DNA of 64,000 nucleotides from Bugula neritina (taxonomy: Eukaryota; Animalia; Bryozoa): assembly GCA_964035545.1 (NCBI GenBank), contig OZ037771.1, positions 2,863,628 to 2,927,627 of the forward strand, read 5' to 3'. Below the pieces are notes generated by a model. It had not been told where the DNA came from. It did not search any database and worked only from the letters and a program-made list of their open reading frames with translations. The translations under genes were made by a program, and so were the position numbers. Below, piece after piece: positions 1 to 15,000 of the stretch. Each line of letters starts with the position of its first letter. The first letter of the stretch is position 1.

Positions 1-34
1 AAGCGTTTGCCATGTAAGATTTGTCCTCCCTCAC

Positions 35-3000
35 CTCATGATGCTAAAGCATTCAGCCAGTTTGAATGATTTGGAATCCTCAGCGAAATACTCCGCCAGC
101 TCCAGACTGATGGCATCGATCTCTTTTATGTCCGTCTGCACCAATGCCACCTCTTTACTGGCGGAGGTAAGAAATGTCGAAAACTGCTGTTGAAGGTCGG
201 CGGAAGAGCTTTCCAGTTGAGATATCAACTTCTTGACTTTATCAGCCAGTTGTGTGATGTCAGCTGTGAGAGCTTCCACGTTGACTCTAGAACAAGAGAG
301 AGAACACAACTCTTAGCGTCAACACTATTACAGTGCTCTCCATATCTCATTAAGCTGCGGGTCTCAAAACCTCAATCCGTGACATAATAGAATACTCAAC
401 TCACGGATCTGCTATATTCAGCCATTTTATCCCTATACATACATACATAAGCCACAAAACAGGGTCCAAACCCTTCTCGTGACCTATAGAATTCTGTGAG
501 AACTGAAACCGTGAGATATGGAGATATGCATTTCATAAACAAATTAACAGATTATCATCTTTACTTATTAGCAACAGTTAGATATTACAGCAGACGTGTC
601 TACATGGTAACTCACTCTCCGGTGTTTTTGAGGTATTTCATGTTGTCTGTGAAGTGAAGCAGTGAAGGTTTATATTTCTCAGCTTGAGCGACAACAACAT
701 GGAGTAGGTTCATCCGAGGCTTGTTAGACCTCATCTCACTCAGCTTGAGTAGAGAGGTTATCTTGATACCTGCGGCATCTCCCACGTACGCCCCCTATAA
801 TAGAAAAACATACTGTCTAGCTCAAGTACAAAGGGAGGATAACCCCACTAAAGTATAAGAAAATAATTTTGCCATAAAGGTTAACTTGATGCAAAAAAGT
901 AATACAGATAAATGAGTAGGTTTGTTAAGTACTTATTAGAATAGGTTACTAGACACAGCAAGGCACCCTATACATAATATTAACTATACGTACAACATCA
1001 TATATATAATATTATATATATATAATATAATATCATTTAACAATATTTTTGTTGAGGCAAAGGGAGAATGGGAAACGAATCGTGTCAAACTAAAATAGAG
1101 AAAATGAGATCGAAATGAAACAAGTAACTCACCGAGTTGAGGAAGTTTCCTGTTACGAGCACCATATAGAGTATTTCCTGTAAGTCTTTAGAGTCGATCA
1201 TATCCTGAGCTGTGACTATGACTGTGTCTAGAGACTCGCTGATGTAGCCAATCGTGTTGGCAAACTCCTCCTTCAGTAACATGATCTCTACTCTCAGTTT
1301 ATAACTGTAATTAACATCAACACAATGATCTCTACTCTCAGTTTGTAACTGTAATTAACATCAACACAATGATCTCTACCCGGAAGCAGGTAAACATATT
1401 GCATATATTAGATATTAAGAAAGTTGAAACTGTCAATGTGAATCCTTACTGTTGGAGGTCTAGAAGTTGGATATAAAACTTTTCAGCATTCGCCAACTTT
1501 TCCCTGTCACCAGTGTAACCTTTCAAGAGTTCAATCTAAAAAACCAACAAATTTATGCACTGGTTCCGTCACGACTTACAAAAATAAGTATGGAGTTATC
1601 GTCTCTTGCTACATTTATACAGTTCGAGGAGATAACTCCCATTAGCACATGTGACTTGATATATGCATATTGCAGATGTTTGGTGCAAAACACCGAGAAA
1701 CATCTCACCTCTTCAGGCTGTGGAAGAATTTTAAGAAGACCTCGTAGTTTTTCAGCACCAAATTCATTACTTTTTCCGTCTCGCAGTAATTGCATAATCT
1801 CATTATGAGTCCACCGGAACTGTCTGAGGAAGATGTTGACCTTCAAACTGGTACGATTGTCCAACAGGTTGACCTGAGGTAGATAATATGGTTAGTGAGC
1901 AACCATTGACACACTATACATTAAGTAAATTAAAGGCATAATATCAGTAATAGTAAGTATAGTACATGTACTACCTGCGGGTCATGTGTAAGTGTATATC
2001 TAAAATATATCTAAAGTGTATAAGCAGTACACTAACTCAGAGCATCTATCTTTGCACTAATGACGGTTAGCAAGAAAAGTTTCTACAGACTACACCTAGA
2101 CTAGAGTCTATACTCACTTCCGTCGACTCTTTCTTTCGTTTAAGGGTCTGCGACCCATCCGACTGTTTAGCAGATTTCGTTGGATCCTCAACTAAGAACA
2201 GCTCCTCGATGTTGGAGAAGTCCACCATGGAATGATTGTTAGTCTGTGAGAAAGAAGACCAGACAGAGCGTTTGCCGACAACCTTGTTGGTTGGTATCTT
2301 AGCCCACTGCAGCTTCCTCGTCTTAGCCTTAGGCACAGGCGTTATCTGCTGGGGCAGCTTTTTAGGTACAACAGGCGCGGCCATGCCAGGTGGGGGTGGA
2401 ATCCCAGGAGGACCACCAGGGGGCGGTGGCGGCGGGGGTGCTCCTGGAGGAGGTGGTGGTGCAAGTGGTGGCGGCGGAGGGGGTGGTGGAGGTGGTCCAC
2501 CAGGGGGTGGAGGGGGTGCAGGTATAGAAGGAGGGGGTGGTATACTGTCTGGCATATCTGTATTTAGTCTGGGAGATTTTGTGTCCAAATCGTCGCCATG
2601 AATGGCTTTAGCTAATCTCTTCTGCCCTGAGTGAAAGAGTTTCTCTGCCTCTTCCTTGTTGTCAAGTAGCAAAGCGCTGTACACCAGCTTCTCTATTGTT
2701 TGCCATTTTAATGCAGAGTTACTTTCCTTTGGATCCGCTACTTGCAGCAGATGCTGTAGTATACACAGGAAGCTGGACTCGGCTTCTGTACTGCTAACCT
2801 GTAACACAAGAAAGATACTGATGGGCTGGATAGACAACTCCAAAAGAGTTACACTGACATTCCTATATGTGATAGCCAAACTAGGTAAAGCATAAGATGT
2901 AGTGAAGTTGAACGATTTAAGTTTCAATAACCAAATTAATATTCAACCCAATGACCTTCAAATAACTGAAAAGTCAACCTCAAGTGCACACAATAGCTCA

Positions 3001-6000
3001 ATGGGCTGTTAATTGAAAAGTTGGCACAAATTTCATTCAAAAAACTGAAATAGAGAAAAACATATTGATTTTGACAACAGTATTCTCATTACACGTAAAA
3101 TTGTGATGCATAAGCTATTATTATGCAACCAGAAAAGCTGTTTAATTTACCCCCTCTGAAGGCACCTTTGATGAACTGAAACTTACATTTACATACATGG
3201 GACTTTGTTTTGGTTTATTAATCCTCTAGCAATTAAGCTTTAGCATCGTTATGACTTAACTACCACATGTCTTGGGGTATACATTACTGTTTAATGTTTG
3301 AAGATCGGAAACATAAAAGATGATTATTTACCAACTGTGTAAAATAAACCTATTGGTTAGAAGAAGCTAAACTATTAGTAATGATGAGGTCTCGTCATGT
3401 CATGATTTGCTATTATCACAAGTGATGAGATAGCATGAGCTTACAGCTCTGCCAGTACAGGAAGTATTAAGGAAGATGTTGCAAGACCACAGATTACTGA
3501 ACTTTAGTCTTCTATCTCTACTAACACACTCTAGTAGTGTATAACTAGTAACTCTAGTAGTGTATAACTAGTAACTAGTGACTATAGTAATGCATGACTA
3601 CTAGCCCTAGTAGTGTATAACTAGTAACTGTAGTAGTGTATGACTAGTAACTACAAACTTTAGTAGTGTATGACTAGTAACTATTCAATACTTGGCAGTC
3701 TACAGCTACAGTAATTAGTACTATGAAGTTGTCCCCTCATTAAGCTGTACTGCTATTGTACACTACTATTGTTGCCAACAGAGTATTATACTAACTCCTT
3801 ATCCCATATTATATATTACTATACAATTACCACCAAGTTCTAACCAGTAGTCAAACCTACACTATAATCTACTGCAAATATTCAACATAGCTGAGAATTT
3901 AGAGAAATAAAATAGTTAGAGTTAAGTGATAAAAACATTACTGCTAGACTAGCGCAAGTTGTTAGACCAAAAATATAAAAGCTGTACAAGTACAGCTTTT
4001 ATAGGCTGGAACAGCCCAAATGAGTGCTATTTTTCTTTAACAACCATTGGCCAGGTACAATTACATGCTGAAAGAATGTGTGGAGTAGCCCAAGGTATTA
4101 TTCTGCTCTCAATAAGTGTAACATTGCACTAACTATTTCATCATCATTATCACCCCAACGTTATATATATATAATATACACATAATACATAACAAATTAG
4201 CTAAAAATAAAATATTACTGGCTGGTAATAAAGCCCGGAACCCCAAATTGTAATGGTCAGTAATGCAACATTGAATACCAACAGCAGTAAGAATGGCGGC
4301 TGGTTTTATAGCCCTAGTGTGAGATACTGCATTCATATGTTCACTGGCCAATGCTTACTACACTCACTACAATCTAACACAATGTTCACCACAATTTGAC
4401 GCTGTATTCACTAGAATATAACACAATGCTCACCACAATCTAACGCAATGTTTACTACAATCCAACACAGTATTCACTAGAATATAACACAGTATTCACT
4501 ATAGAATTTGACACAATATTCACTAGAACCTAACATGCTGGGTGTTATATGCCAACCTATCTAGGATAAGCTGATAATCTCCCATCAATCTTCACAATCT
4601 ACTTAATAACTTTGATAGCCCATTGTGATAAGAATATCTAATTTTATCATAGCAGACACTGTAGAGTTATCTCCTCTAAGATTATTCTCGGCTCTGCAAC
4701 AGTCTGTTTAATTGGGAATCTGCACCAACAGAATGTTATTTACCCTAGTGTGGTGCAGCTATATTCAATTTATTTGTATTATTTAGCACCAACAAAACAC
4801 CACAGAGCCAAAATCATTAACTGAAATCTGCATTGTTAGTTGATACTTGAATTCCAAAAAAATTTTCCTGCACACGTTACTTTGGTGTGTCATACAAGGA
4901 GCTTTCCCAGAAACTAGACTAATCAGCATTCCTAAATCTAGTGAAACCCATAAGCAGCAATAAAACATTCTGCAAGATGCTCTTTCATTCTATTACCAAG
5001 TAGTTTCGTCAAATTAGGATCAGCAATTAACAGTAATTATAATAGTAACACTTTGCTAATCTGAGAGAAATCTCTTCTATACACACCTGGGTTGTCTCAT
5101 AGAGACCATTTCCAGACAGACAGACATAATTGTGTTTATTGCAATTAGTATGTCAGTTGAATCCAACAGTTACATTGGGTTACAAACAGTTGAAATCAAG
5201 CCGAGTTCAGCAAATTCCTAACTAATTAACATTTTAATTGGAAGTTATGGCTCTTGGAGATTGTGCAAAATCAACAATTCTTTATTGAAAGAAGTTTTTG
5301 CTAACATTGCTATAACAACAAGTAGTTAAGTCACCATGGTGGCCTAACTCAGCCAGGAAGCTTGTCCAAACCACATTGGAATGAGCAGGAAACAGCTGGG
5401 CTGTTGCCATAGAAGTTACTAGAAGATGTACCGCAGCACAAACACCCTGAGGGAATGAACAGCTACTGTAGTTGACACAATCATGCTATAAACAAACTGA
5501 CATCACCAACTGACATCTGAACCACAACATTCCTGCCTCAACCAGTGGCTCACCAACCGCTAAACATGGCTGGTTCAGTTTCACTTCATATTTACTACAG
5601 GCTTCTGTTCACAGCTGAAATGACTTGATTTTTGCTGAGTTTCACTTCAGAAATCATACAGGTGTAAAACTAATGTCTCCTGCAGTTATTCACGTGGAAC
5701 AGGATGTTTTCCTGGTGTGCACCTCCGTAAGGGCAGTTTACAATTTTAGAAGATAATTTAGAAACATTGTTTGTGGCTTATAAAAAAATTCAAACCATAA
5801 CTTTGTAGTTTTACAGACACAAAATCAAAAATAGGGCTACATAACAACAGTAGAGGTTGTGTAGACTGACAGTAACCTCTACATGCCCAGACAGTCCATA
5901 GACAACTCACAGAACATTACATGATGGAGGGGGGGTAGTACCACACCTGTTTGATTATAGCTGTGAAGATATCTGAGTGACTGCTAAGATCCAGTCCCTC

Positions 6001-9000
6001 CGTGGTCGACAGAGGTAGCTGGTCTTCGTCGCTCGCCTTCTGCTCATCGAAGACATCCAGTTGCACGGTTAGATCGTCTCCGGGAGAATTATCTGCATCT
6101 TTCCTATAAGAACAGACGAGTTGTAGGCATATATAGAGAATATTTCATCACATGCAACTTTGGACAAACTTTCACAACTGAATACGACTGAAGCTTAGCG
6201 GTGATGAAAATGACAATAATTAATGGATAAAAATAGCAATGAAGAAAGGTTTAGAATATGATAAATGAGAACAGGGTGACTAAGGTAGTAGACATGGTGA
6301 TTATGGTACCATATATAACCATTCTGGTAAAGGGTCTTCACAAGTACCAAATGGAAACAATATTGATTAATAAAAGTTTACTGTTGGAAGTGTAATTTCT
6401 ATACAAATTCTGGACATAAGATGAGAGAAGGAACTTTTTCTTGGGAACCAAACTTGTTTCAATAAAAATGTTGATAGGCCCAGGGCTTATAATGCTAACC
6501 CCACCTTGATGGTGACATGTGACCAGTGGTGGAAGTCTTACAAATTCAACATTTATAAGTATAATTAGTGAACTGAAGAATGGTGAGACTTTCTCCAGGT
6601 GACTGCAGAACCAAACAAAGAAATTATTCCATCATCAGTCATCCAGAACCTGACAGCCCATCAACCCTTCTATCAGAGCAGTTGTTAACTACACTCAACG
6701 CAATCCTGACTTAGGAAAATATTGACTTTGCTAACCACAGTTAAGATACTGAAATTTTGCCTGCACTTTTGCAAGACATCCATTTCTTTGTGCTTTCCCA
6801 GAAAGGGGCTAGGAGGTAATGAATTGTTTATTGACAATTACATGTGGATTAATAAAATATTTATTTTTTTGCTAGAAAAAGGTACATATTTTATTCACAT
6901 TTACATACACTATAAAGTACACGAAATGTATACAATGGTCTCATCCCAGACAGCCAATGTAACCTCCAGGGTTTACAACTAGTTTAAACAACCCAATGGC
7001 AATAAAAATTTCTGGCAGAAAATAAAGCAATGGGATGACATGCTGACAAAGAAAATCCTGATTTAGCAAGACATAAAAATTGTGGTTAACCACTAAATGG
7101 GCCTCTGGATAAGATTGGGATTGCAGCTGTCTGATACTAAAAAAAGATTTCGTGTCCACTTCTGACAACACATGTCTGAATGATAAAACAACTTTGAAGA
7201 ATGAAGCAACAATAGTATTGTTTACCACCAAAAATTCATAAACAACAGAAAAACAAATGTTTTAGGTCTTGCAACAATGTCTCAACAACTTGGACACCAA
7301 AATAGCAACATGGACATTACAAAGGTTTTGCAATGGTATTATTGCTGAAAGCCCGCTGTTCCCGGTTGTCAATGTCCAGTTGTGATGTCACAGTGTAGTT
7401 GCACCACTTGGATAGTTGCTTGAGCTCAAATATTTACAATTAGAAGTCAAGTTGGGTGACTTTCAAAGGTACCATGATATAAATCACACTGCTTGTAGTT
7501 TTTAACATTGGCATAGTCAACCTTCCTCTACATAACGTAGCATATAACCCTAACTCTGTGAGTGTGGTACATGCCTGGAATGAGGTTTTACTTTAATATA
7601 TCATAAAGTTTTTACTCATTAGCCTGAGCTCCAATTCAATGACTCAATTCAACAGGAAGTCAGTCTTCAATTTGAAATAATTACAATTTACAATGCACTA
7701 TTCTGTAAGTCAAAACAAAAGATGACATCTAAACGCTGCCAACTCACTATCAACTTGCTCATCATGTACTCTAACTCCTAGAAGGGTAAAGGTAATGTAC
7801 GCAGGATCAAGATACAGCATGATGAGTGAAAGATATAATTTTCTCAACTATAAACAAACCAAGGGGATGAGCATGGATAACATGGCAAGAGGATTTCCTT
7901 AGCTATAGCAGCAGCAGGATAGATTACATCACCACTTCAACAACTCAGAGACTTGAAAGCCATCAAAAGGAAGCGCTTGTGTTGAATTGTCATTAGATTA
8001 CTACTATCTGTTCTACTGGTACCGCATGCCACTCCAGGAGTGGCTTGTTTGTTGTAGTTGGAAGCCATAACTAGTAGCATACAGTGCACCCATCACCCAT
8101 GGTATTTCACACAGTTTTCATAGTTTACAGCCGGCCTATGTGCTAATAGCAGGGGATGGTGCACTTGAAAAGAATCACAAAAGACATTTGTGAACATTTT
8201 TCAACGAAGTTTCAAGATCTTAACTTGCTTACTGTTCCTGCTTCAAACTTACCTGATTTCTAGCACACTGGTCAAAGAGAGCTGGTCCAGCTTAGTAGCT
8301 GATGCAATCATCTGCACCAACATTGTTATGAGACTTAATATCCACCCCAACTCTATAACTCCTTGAAACTAACGGAAATGATCACTGACTCTATGAATAC
8401 ACATTCGGTATCATCTATCACAGTCGACTCCAACTTTGCAGCACATTCCTTGGATGTATAGTTAATGCCACCAACATTCAAGGTATGACCATGTGACAAC
8501 AGGACATCTGACACAGCAATGCCGACTGTTTGTTCTCAACGCACACATGTGTAGAAGAACACAAGTGATACTCGAGCATAAATATGCAACTGGAGCACAA
8601 GCTAACGGGAGCCTATAACTCACTATTTCATCACTGATATTTGTGAACGGATCAGTACACAGCAGCAGCTAGCAGACGACAGCTCTGTATTGTCAACCAG
8701 TCCTCGTGACAGTGACCTGAAATTTGGCACAATCAGTGTTTGTAGTCGGCTGAAAGAGATACGATGTGACCTCTACGTGGCTGGGGCACGAGTTTAACCC
8801 CACTACTACGAGTAAACAAACTGCAGCAGCTATTAGCGTCATCAGTGGGTGTTCAGCCAATCAAACTCTTCCGCAGTAGTTTTTGCTTTATGAATGAAAT
8901 ATTTGTGTTCTGTCAGCAGATGCTCTCTAAAGTTCAAACCACTGAGGCCACCAGAATGACATACACCTTTGTTGAATACTTACACACTTACTTGTATACT

Positions 9001-12000
9001 TACACATGAACTAATAACCCACTTTCAATTTTTGTAACCATTATTTGGGAGTTATCCCTCTACACTCATGGGTGCAAAAGTAAATACAGCTGCTTGACAT
9101 CTACACCGAATGAAACAAGAGTTGAAGCCTATTGTAAAGAAGCTGAAATCGTTAGTCCAGAGTAAATTTAAATTTGTACATTTCAGTTGAAGTGGATATG
9201 AGTCTAGCAGTATGAAAGCTGTCATATGCCAGCCAGCATCTCTTAATTAGAGCTCACTCAGTGAGCAAGCTAATAGATTTCTGTATCTACATAGCACCTC
9301 AGCCTGCTGAACAACTTGCTGCTGCCAAAGTTAAATATATTCATTAAATGTAAACTAATTGGATTTCACTGCTTATTTACTATTATATAGGCTATGTTAA
9401 CCCAGGGAGAAAGGTCCATCACACAGTCAAATATCTAATGTCCAGTGCTAGAATAGCCTAGATCTGTTAATAAATATGCAGCTGTACATCAGTTTTACAA
9501 GAGAAAGACAACTCCAGAATTACTTGATGCTGATATAGGTGCATGTAGGCAATGTTCCAAGTGTTATTCAGTGCATATCCACACTTGCTGCTGGTATGAG
9601 CTCTTTGGTCACAGAGAGACTATTTACAGCTATCTTCTAGCTTTGACACTTGAGATAATCCTTTAGCATTTCAGACATTTTAGAGTTCATCTTTGGATTA
9701 ACTGGCAGTAATCAAATCATTCCTTCCATCAAGATCTGCACCGGAATACTGAACTAAACAGTGAATGCACAACCTTCCACAGTGTTGGAAGCATCAACTG
9801 ATTTTGCCTTTAAGCCTATACTTTGCATCTTGCTGGTATTTTTGAAGCAAATTTCTCTTTAATATAGTCACTGTTGAGATAAAAGACGTCAGTAGTGGTC
9901 CAGCTGTTAAAGGCACCAAATTAGCAGAACAGGGGAAAGTGGATCAAACTCCAACCCTCGCCATTGATAATTCCAGAAAGAGCAATGACTCCAAACTGCC
10001 CTAGCACCACTTTGAAAGTCCTTAAGCAATCCTACCAGCTTGACTTGAGCCAAAATTTGATAGTCATGAAACACATTTTTCACTGGTCAGGATCGTGACT
10101 TCAAATAATAGTGCTTTGAGGCTATAAAATCTGTGGAACTTAAGCTATGTATCTGAATTTACAGGTCAAAACCAAACACCAAACAATACAACCAGACAAG
10201 AAAGGCTAAAAAGCTTACAATTAAGATGTAATTGATTTACCAAGCTCCATTACACATGGCTTGCTCAGGAACAATGTACTCACAAATTAGACTGACAAGT
10301 GAGCACAAATTTCCTAGGATTGGCACTGGCTGTGTTTATATACATTGAATAGACACTTCCGGTAGCCCATGGGTAAAGTGGCTGGAAGAATAGAAGAAAT
10401 ATCCCCATTACCTAATCTGACAAAGGCAAGTGTTAGATACAAGGGGCTACATAGGGGATACAAAGTGCTACACAGCGACTACATGGGATACAAGGGGATA
10501 CACAGGAGCAAAGTGGAAGTTGAAATTAATGAATGCCACCTATTTTGCTCAACAAGTTAGAAAAGCCATCCACTTACCCTACATTGGACTGTAATACTAC
10601 AGCACAGCACTGTACTAGCCTGTACTACACTAAACCACCAAACTGGCACAGAAACCTAATGTCTACAATGTTATTGAGCAAGTGCCCTCTCTGATGTTGA
10701 CTGTCATGTAGTGGTAGTTAATTAAAAGGTAAAAATCCACAAAACAAAAAACCTGGTTTCAAGCTGGCACCTAGTTAGACCTGAGCCAAGAGGATTCTAA
10801 TCCCGAGGTAAAATTTTTGACCGTGAGAGTGAAAAGAGAAAATTCAACTTTTTGTCTTCACATTCTTAGGAGACAGAGCAGTGGATCTAATATTGACAGG
10901 TTTTTATGATATTTGATACAAAGTTGTTTGCATGAATAGTTGACAAAAGGAATGTGATAGATAGCAAGAAAGGAAGGGATTGAAAGAGAAACATGTTAAC
11001 GCATCATCGAAGACAGAGCCTATATGATGGGTAAAGGGGTCCTATTACACACTTTCACATCATAACACCCTCAATACTCATCTTGATTATTCAACAAACA
11101 CAGACAAACTAAGAATACAGTTGTAGGCTGGCGTATCACTGCCTTTTTGTGTGAGCACACAATTTATTAAGAAAAAAACTTGATCATAAAACTGAAATTC
11201 AATACGACCTACGCAAACCTCCAATCCAAGATGGCTATCTACTGAAATATTTACATTAAATAGACAGAATTAGCACGAATCACAATACCCAGTGTAAAAT
11301 GATACACTTACAACACGAAGCGTTGGGTGGCTCTCTATAAAAACCTAAATTAGGGCTTGAAATTACATAAATGGAATGCTATTTCATTGCTGGGATGTGT
11401 CTTGCACAGCGTTATGTCATACATGACATCCCGTGAACAAAGGTGAGACGACCCTTGAAAGAAATATGTAACATGGGAAGATGGATTCTGAAGTTATGAG
11501 TAATCAGTGAGAGAAAAAGCAATCGTTTCGAGTGTTTTAAGGACAATCCCTTTTGAGTTTGTTGAACTTGCGGCATAAGCTGTTGGCTCAATATCGTATT
11601 CTACAACTCTGTTTGACAACAAGCCTAACATTTGTTACGATGGTTGTTGAGACATCGCCGGCCAATCAGAAGCTAATCCTGGAATGTGAGTCATAAAAGC
11701 AGATTTGAGATTTGTCACCTCTGTAATTATTCAGCATCTTTAATCAAAGCTATGCTTATTTTTCCTGCTGCAAACTCAGCATGATCTCTACTATTCACAA
11801 TGGATATACAGCAAATGAAAGGGGTTTAGAGGTTGATGAGAAATTAAAAATGGAGCTTAAAGTTTAAGATCAGATCAAAAGTAATATAGTTGAGCTCCAG
11901 CTCTGGTTGTCATTTGGATTCAGGTGAACTGGTGCAACAAACCAACACTTGTATACAATACAATAGCCTTAGTACTGAGACTATAACTCCGTAAGAGGAG

Positions 12001-15000
12001 AGGGGGTGTACAGAGGGAGTGACTCAGCGACTAGTTTGTTTTTACAACTTACCTCAACTCTTCTATTATGTCTAGCAACTTCTGACCTGAAATAAGAAAA
12101 TACCCATATAATGAGGTCAATACAATAATCATAAAAGTGGATGAGAGTGAGGGAGCAATAGTGTGCTCCAACATCAAAGTTTATTTTAATGACAACTAGT
12201 TCTAAATGGAGTAGTTGTAATAAAGCTACTGATGTATTATTTTTAAATGAGATTACTTATTAGTTATACATATTTAATAGTTTCCTGTTACAGTGTTAAC
12301 TGAGGACACTGATATTTGATGTTTTTACACTCAAACCCATTTCTGTCACTGAGAGTTTTCTTAGCTTTGCAAATAGATCAAGTTTTCAGTTGACCTAAAA
12401 ACCTTCTCCTGATTACCAAAAATTCAAACATTGCGGTTAGAAGATAAAAAGACGTTTCAATATACAATATTCAGCGCCAACATTAGATGCGTTATCAGTT
12501 GATCTGTGAGTAAAGACAAAAGAGAAGTTGAATTATTGTGTGATTTGTGAATGAAAATCAGATAGTCTGTCTGTTTGTAGTACCAGAGTGTGTAGTAGTG
12601 ATTAATGAATGGGTTGTGAAGGTCTATCAGCCTTATCTAAGCAAAGGGAGTAAAGCAGTAGACCACATCCGGTCTGTAAAGTCAACAACCAAATGAGATC
12701 AGAGCAATCACATTAGAGGAGCAAAAGTTACAGTAATTTCAACTAATTATCCCTAGACAGGTTCATTGAGCATGTGGATTAACTATATGCATGCTAACTT
12801 TAGAGCTTATATTGTTTCAAAGTGTGGCTAAAATAAATCCATCAACAATAAAAAGAATTCCACCCAAATAGCACAATTCAAAGTTGCTATTATTAAAACA
12901 AAATGGCTGATTACCAAAAAACAGACTGAGTCCCTTATGTTAAACTAGCTTCAAATCTTACCCTAGTAGTGTTCAGTAGAGCTTAGCATACTTTGTTTAT
13001 CATGGCATACCAAAACATTATGCCGATTTATCAAAATTAATCAGAATGATTAACTTAATGTAAAAACAATCAAATGCAGGTTCGGATTGTCATTTGAATA
13101 ATGAGAATAAGCCTATTGTTGATTGTTAGAGCAGCTGCCTCTGTTGACAGATTAAAACTTTGAGATAAAGATTAAATATGTTATAATTATTTACTAAAAA
13201 CACAGCTGCCACTGTAAACATAAATACAACACGTCTCCATGGTGTGTAGCTGTAGTGTGACAATAGAGATTAAGGAAAAAACTGCACTCAGTTAGATGGC
13301 TTGTCTGTGGCTAATAAAATAAACAGCATTTCATACTGCATTCTGAATTTATATATATTCAAAAACATAAAAAAATACTCCCTGTCAAAAATGTATGAAT
13401 ATATTATACAAACGTCCACTACTACCAAACTCTACTACCCTAAAACAGGTGCCACCTATAATATTTCATTTGTGGTAAGTTTAGCAAAACCAGGTATGTG
13501 GAAATTGTTCTTCAGATGTTGTTTTGTTTTCCTAAGCTGTGAGCATTACATCATTGAGGTAGGTTGACAAAAACTGTGGTGTATTAGCATTTCTAAAACC
13601 AAACTTTTTAGGCAACAACAGCAAACAATGGTTGATGTAAGAGCTTATTTTGTGTGTTAGTAACTAAAAATAGAGCTTTTTTAGCCACAGCTGGAGACAT
13701 GGAGCCAATAAAACCACTAACATATTCACCAAAAATCTAACTGTGAATACAACTAACATTTATTGACATCCCTGGAATTTTTGCCTGTCAAAATCAGAAG
13801 TCTTTGGTTATATGCAAGCTGATTTCCACATGTTGCATATTTACATTTCTACTGAGCAATTTTTCACCCCTACCTACCTACTGGTTTGTAAAACCAACAA
13901 TTACTATAAATAAAACGAAAAATGAAAAACTATTTCCCCAAGAGGTCAATAACTCTTTAAAAGTTCACTTAACTTTAAAATCAAAATATTTAATCTGAAA
14001 GAACATGATGTAAAATTTAGACAATATATTCAAGACTTATAATTTCAACTTTTTAGTTACTGGAGAAACGATTTGAATAAGATTTACAACAAAACCATTT
14101 AATTTAAACTACAGGTTGGGAATTCTTTAATCGCAGGTGCTATGATAATATATGTTGGTACAAACCAATCATTTGCTGCAGCTAAAAATACAACTTTCAA
14201 ACTGATAAGGCCCAATTACATGCAGCACGCACCTCTAAAATCAACAAACCAGATGATTTGTAAAAGGGTCCACCCACCTGAGGACACTAAATACACCATC
14301 AGCAAGATAGCCAGTAGCAAACAGCTGCCAACTTTGATACATGCTTATCTCTATTATTGCAAACGTAGTCAGTGTAATATACTCCAAATTAGAAGTACAG
14401 TTGGCTATCTTTAACTTTTAGCTTTATCATAAGATGTTAGCATCAAACTTAAAATTTTAATGCCTAAAATCAGACCACTAGAGTGTAAATTTAAAACACT
14501 AGACCTTCCCTACTAATATGAAGATGAAATGAGCATACTTTAGAAAAGCTGAGGTGTGCTTTGTACCACCTTAAGAAGGCCTGCATTGGTACAAAATACA
14601 GATAAGCCTGAGGTGAACTTACCAACTAGTTCATTTCGAATCCTCACTCTGTCTTCCACCTTTTCTGTAGAAATGATGATGCAGTTACAGAAAGCCAACA
14701 AAGCTGTCTTATATGCACCATCATCGCTATCTTCAAGCTCTGTTATTATAAACTTGAACCTATTGGGAAGTCTCTTTTGCTCCTAAAACAGTTGTAAAGG
14801 TTTAAAAAATAGAACACAATCTACTAGGATTATAAATTTTCTTTAAAAAGAATTGGGAAGAGTAAGCTGAACCCCTTTTCTACTTGCAGTCATTGATACC
14901 TTGAACCCAGATGTATCCCAGATATGTGACATATATTTATTACTAGTCAGGTTTTGTTAATTAAAACAGTTTTGAATATCTCTCAAAAGTGCTTCATGAA

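Noticed and set aside
2236-2601. Gly-rich ORFs antisense to the FH1 regions (also 59214-59600, 59222-59572, 59227-59505) and the His-rich alternative frame 59236-59595
   Set aside because: Expected shadows of poly-proline CCN codon runs.
9400-10100. Slightly GC-richer intronic stretch hinting at a decayed retroelement (similar hints at 14.9-15.3 kb, 15.7-16.8 kb and 45.2-45.7 kb)
   Set aside because: No ORF, termini or motif strong enough to call without a repeat-library search.
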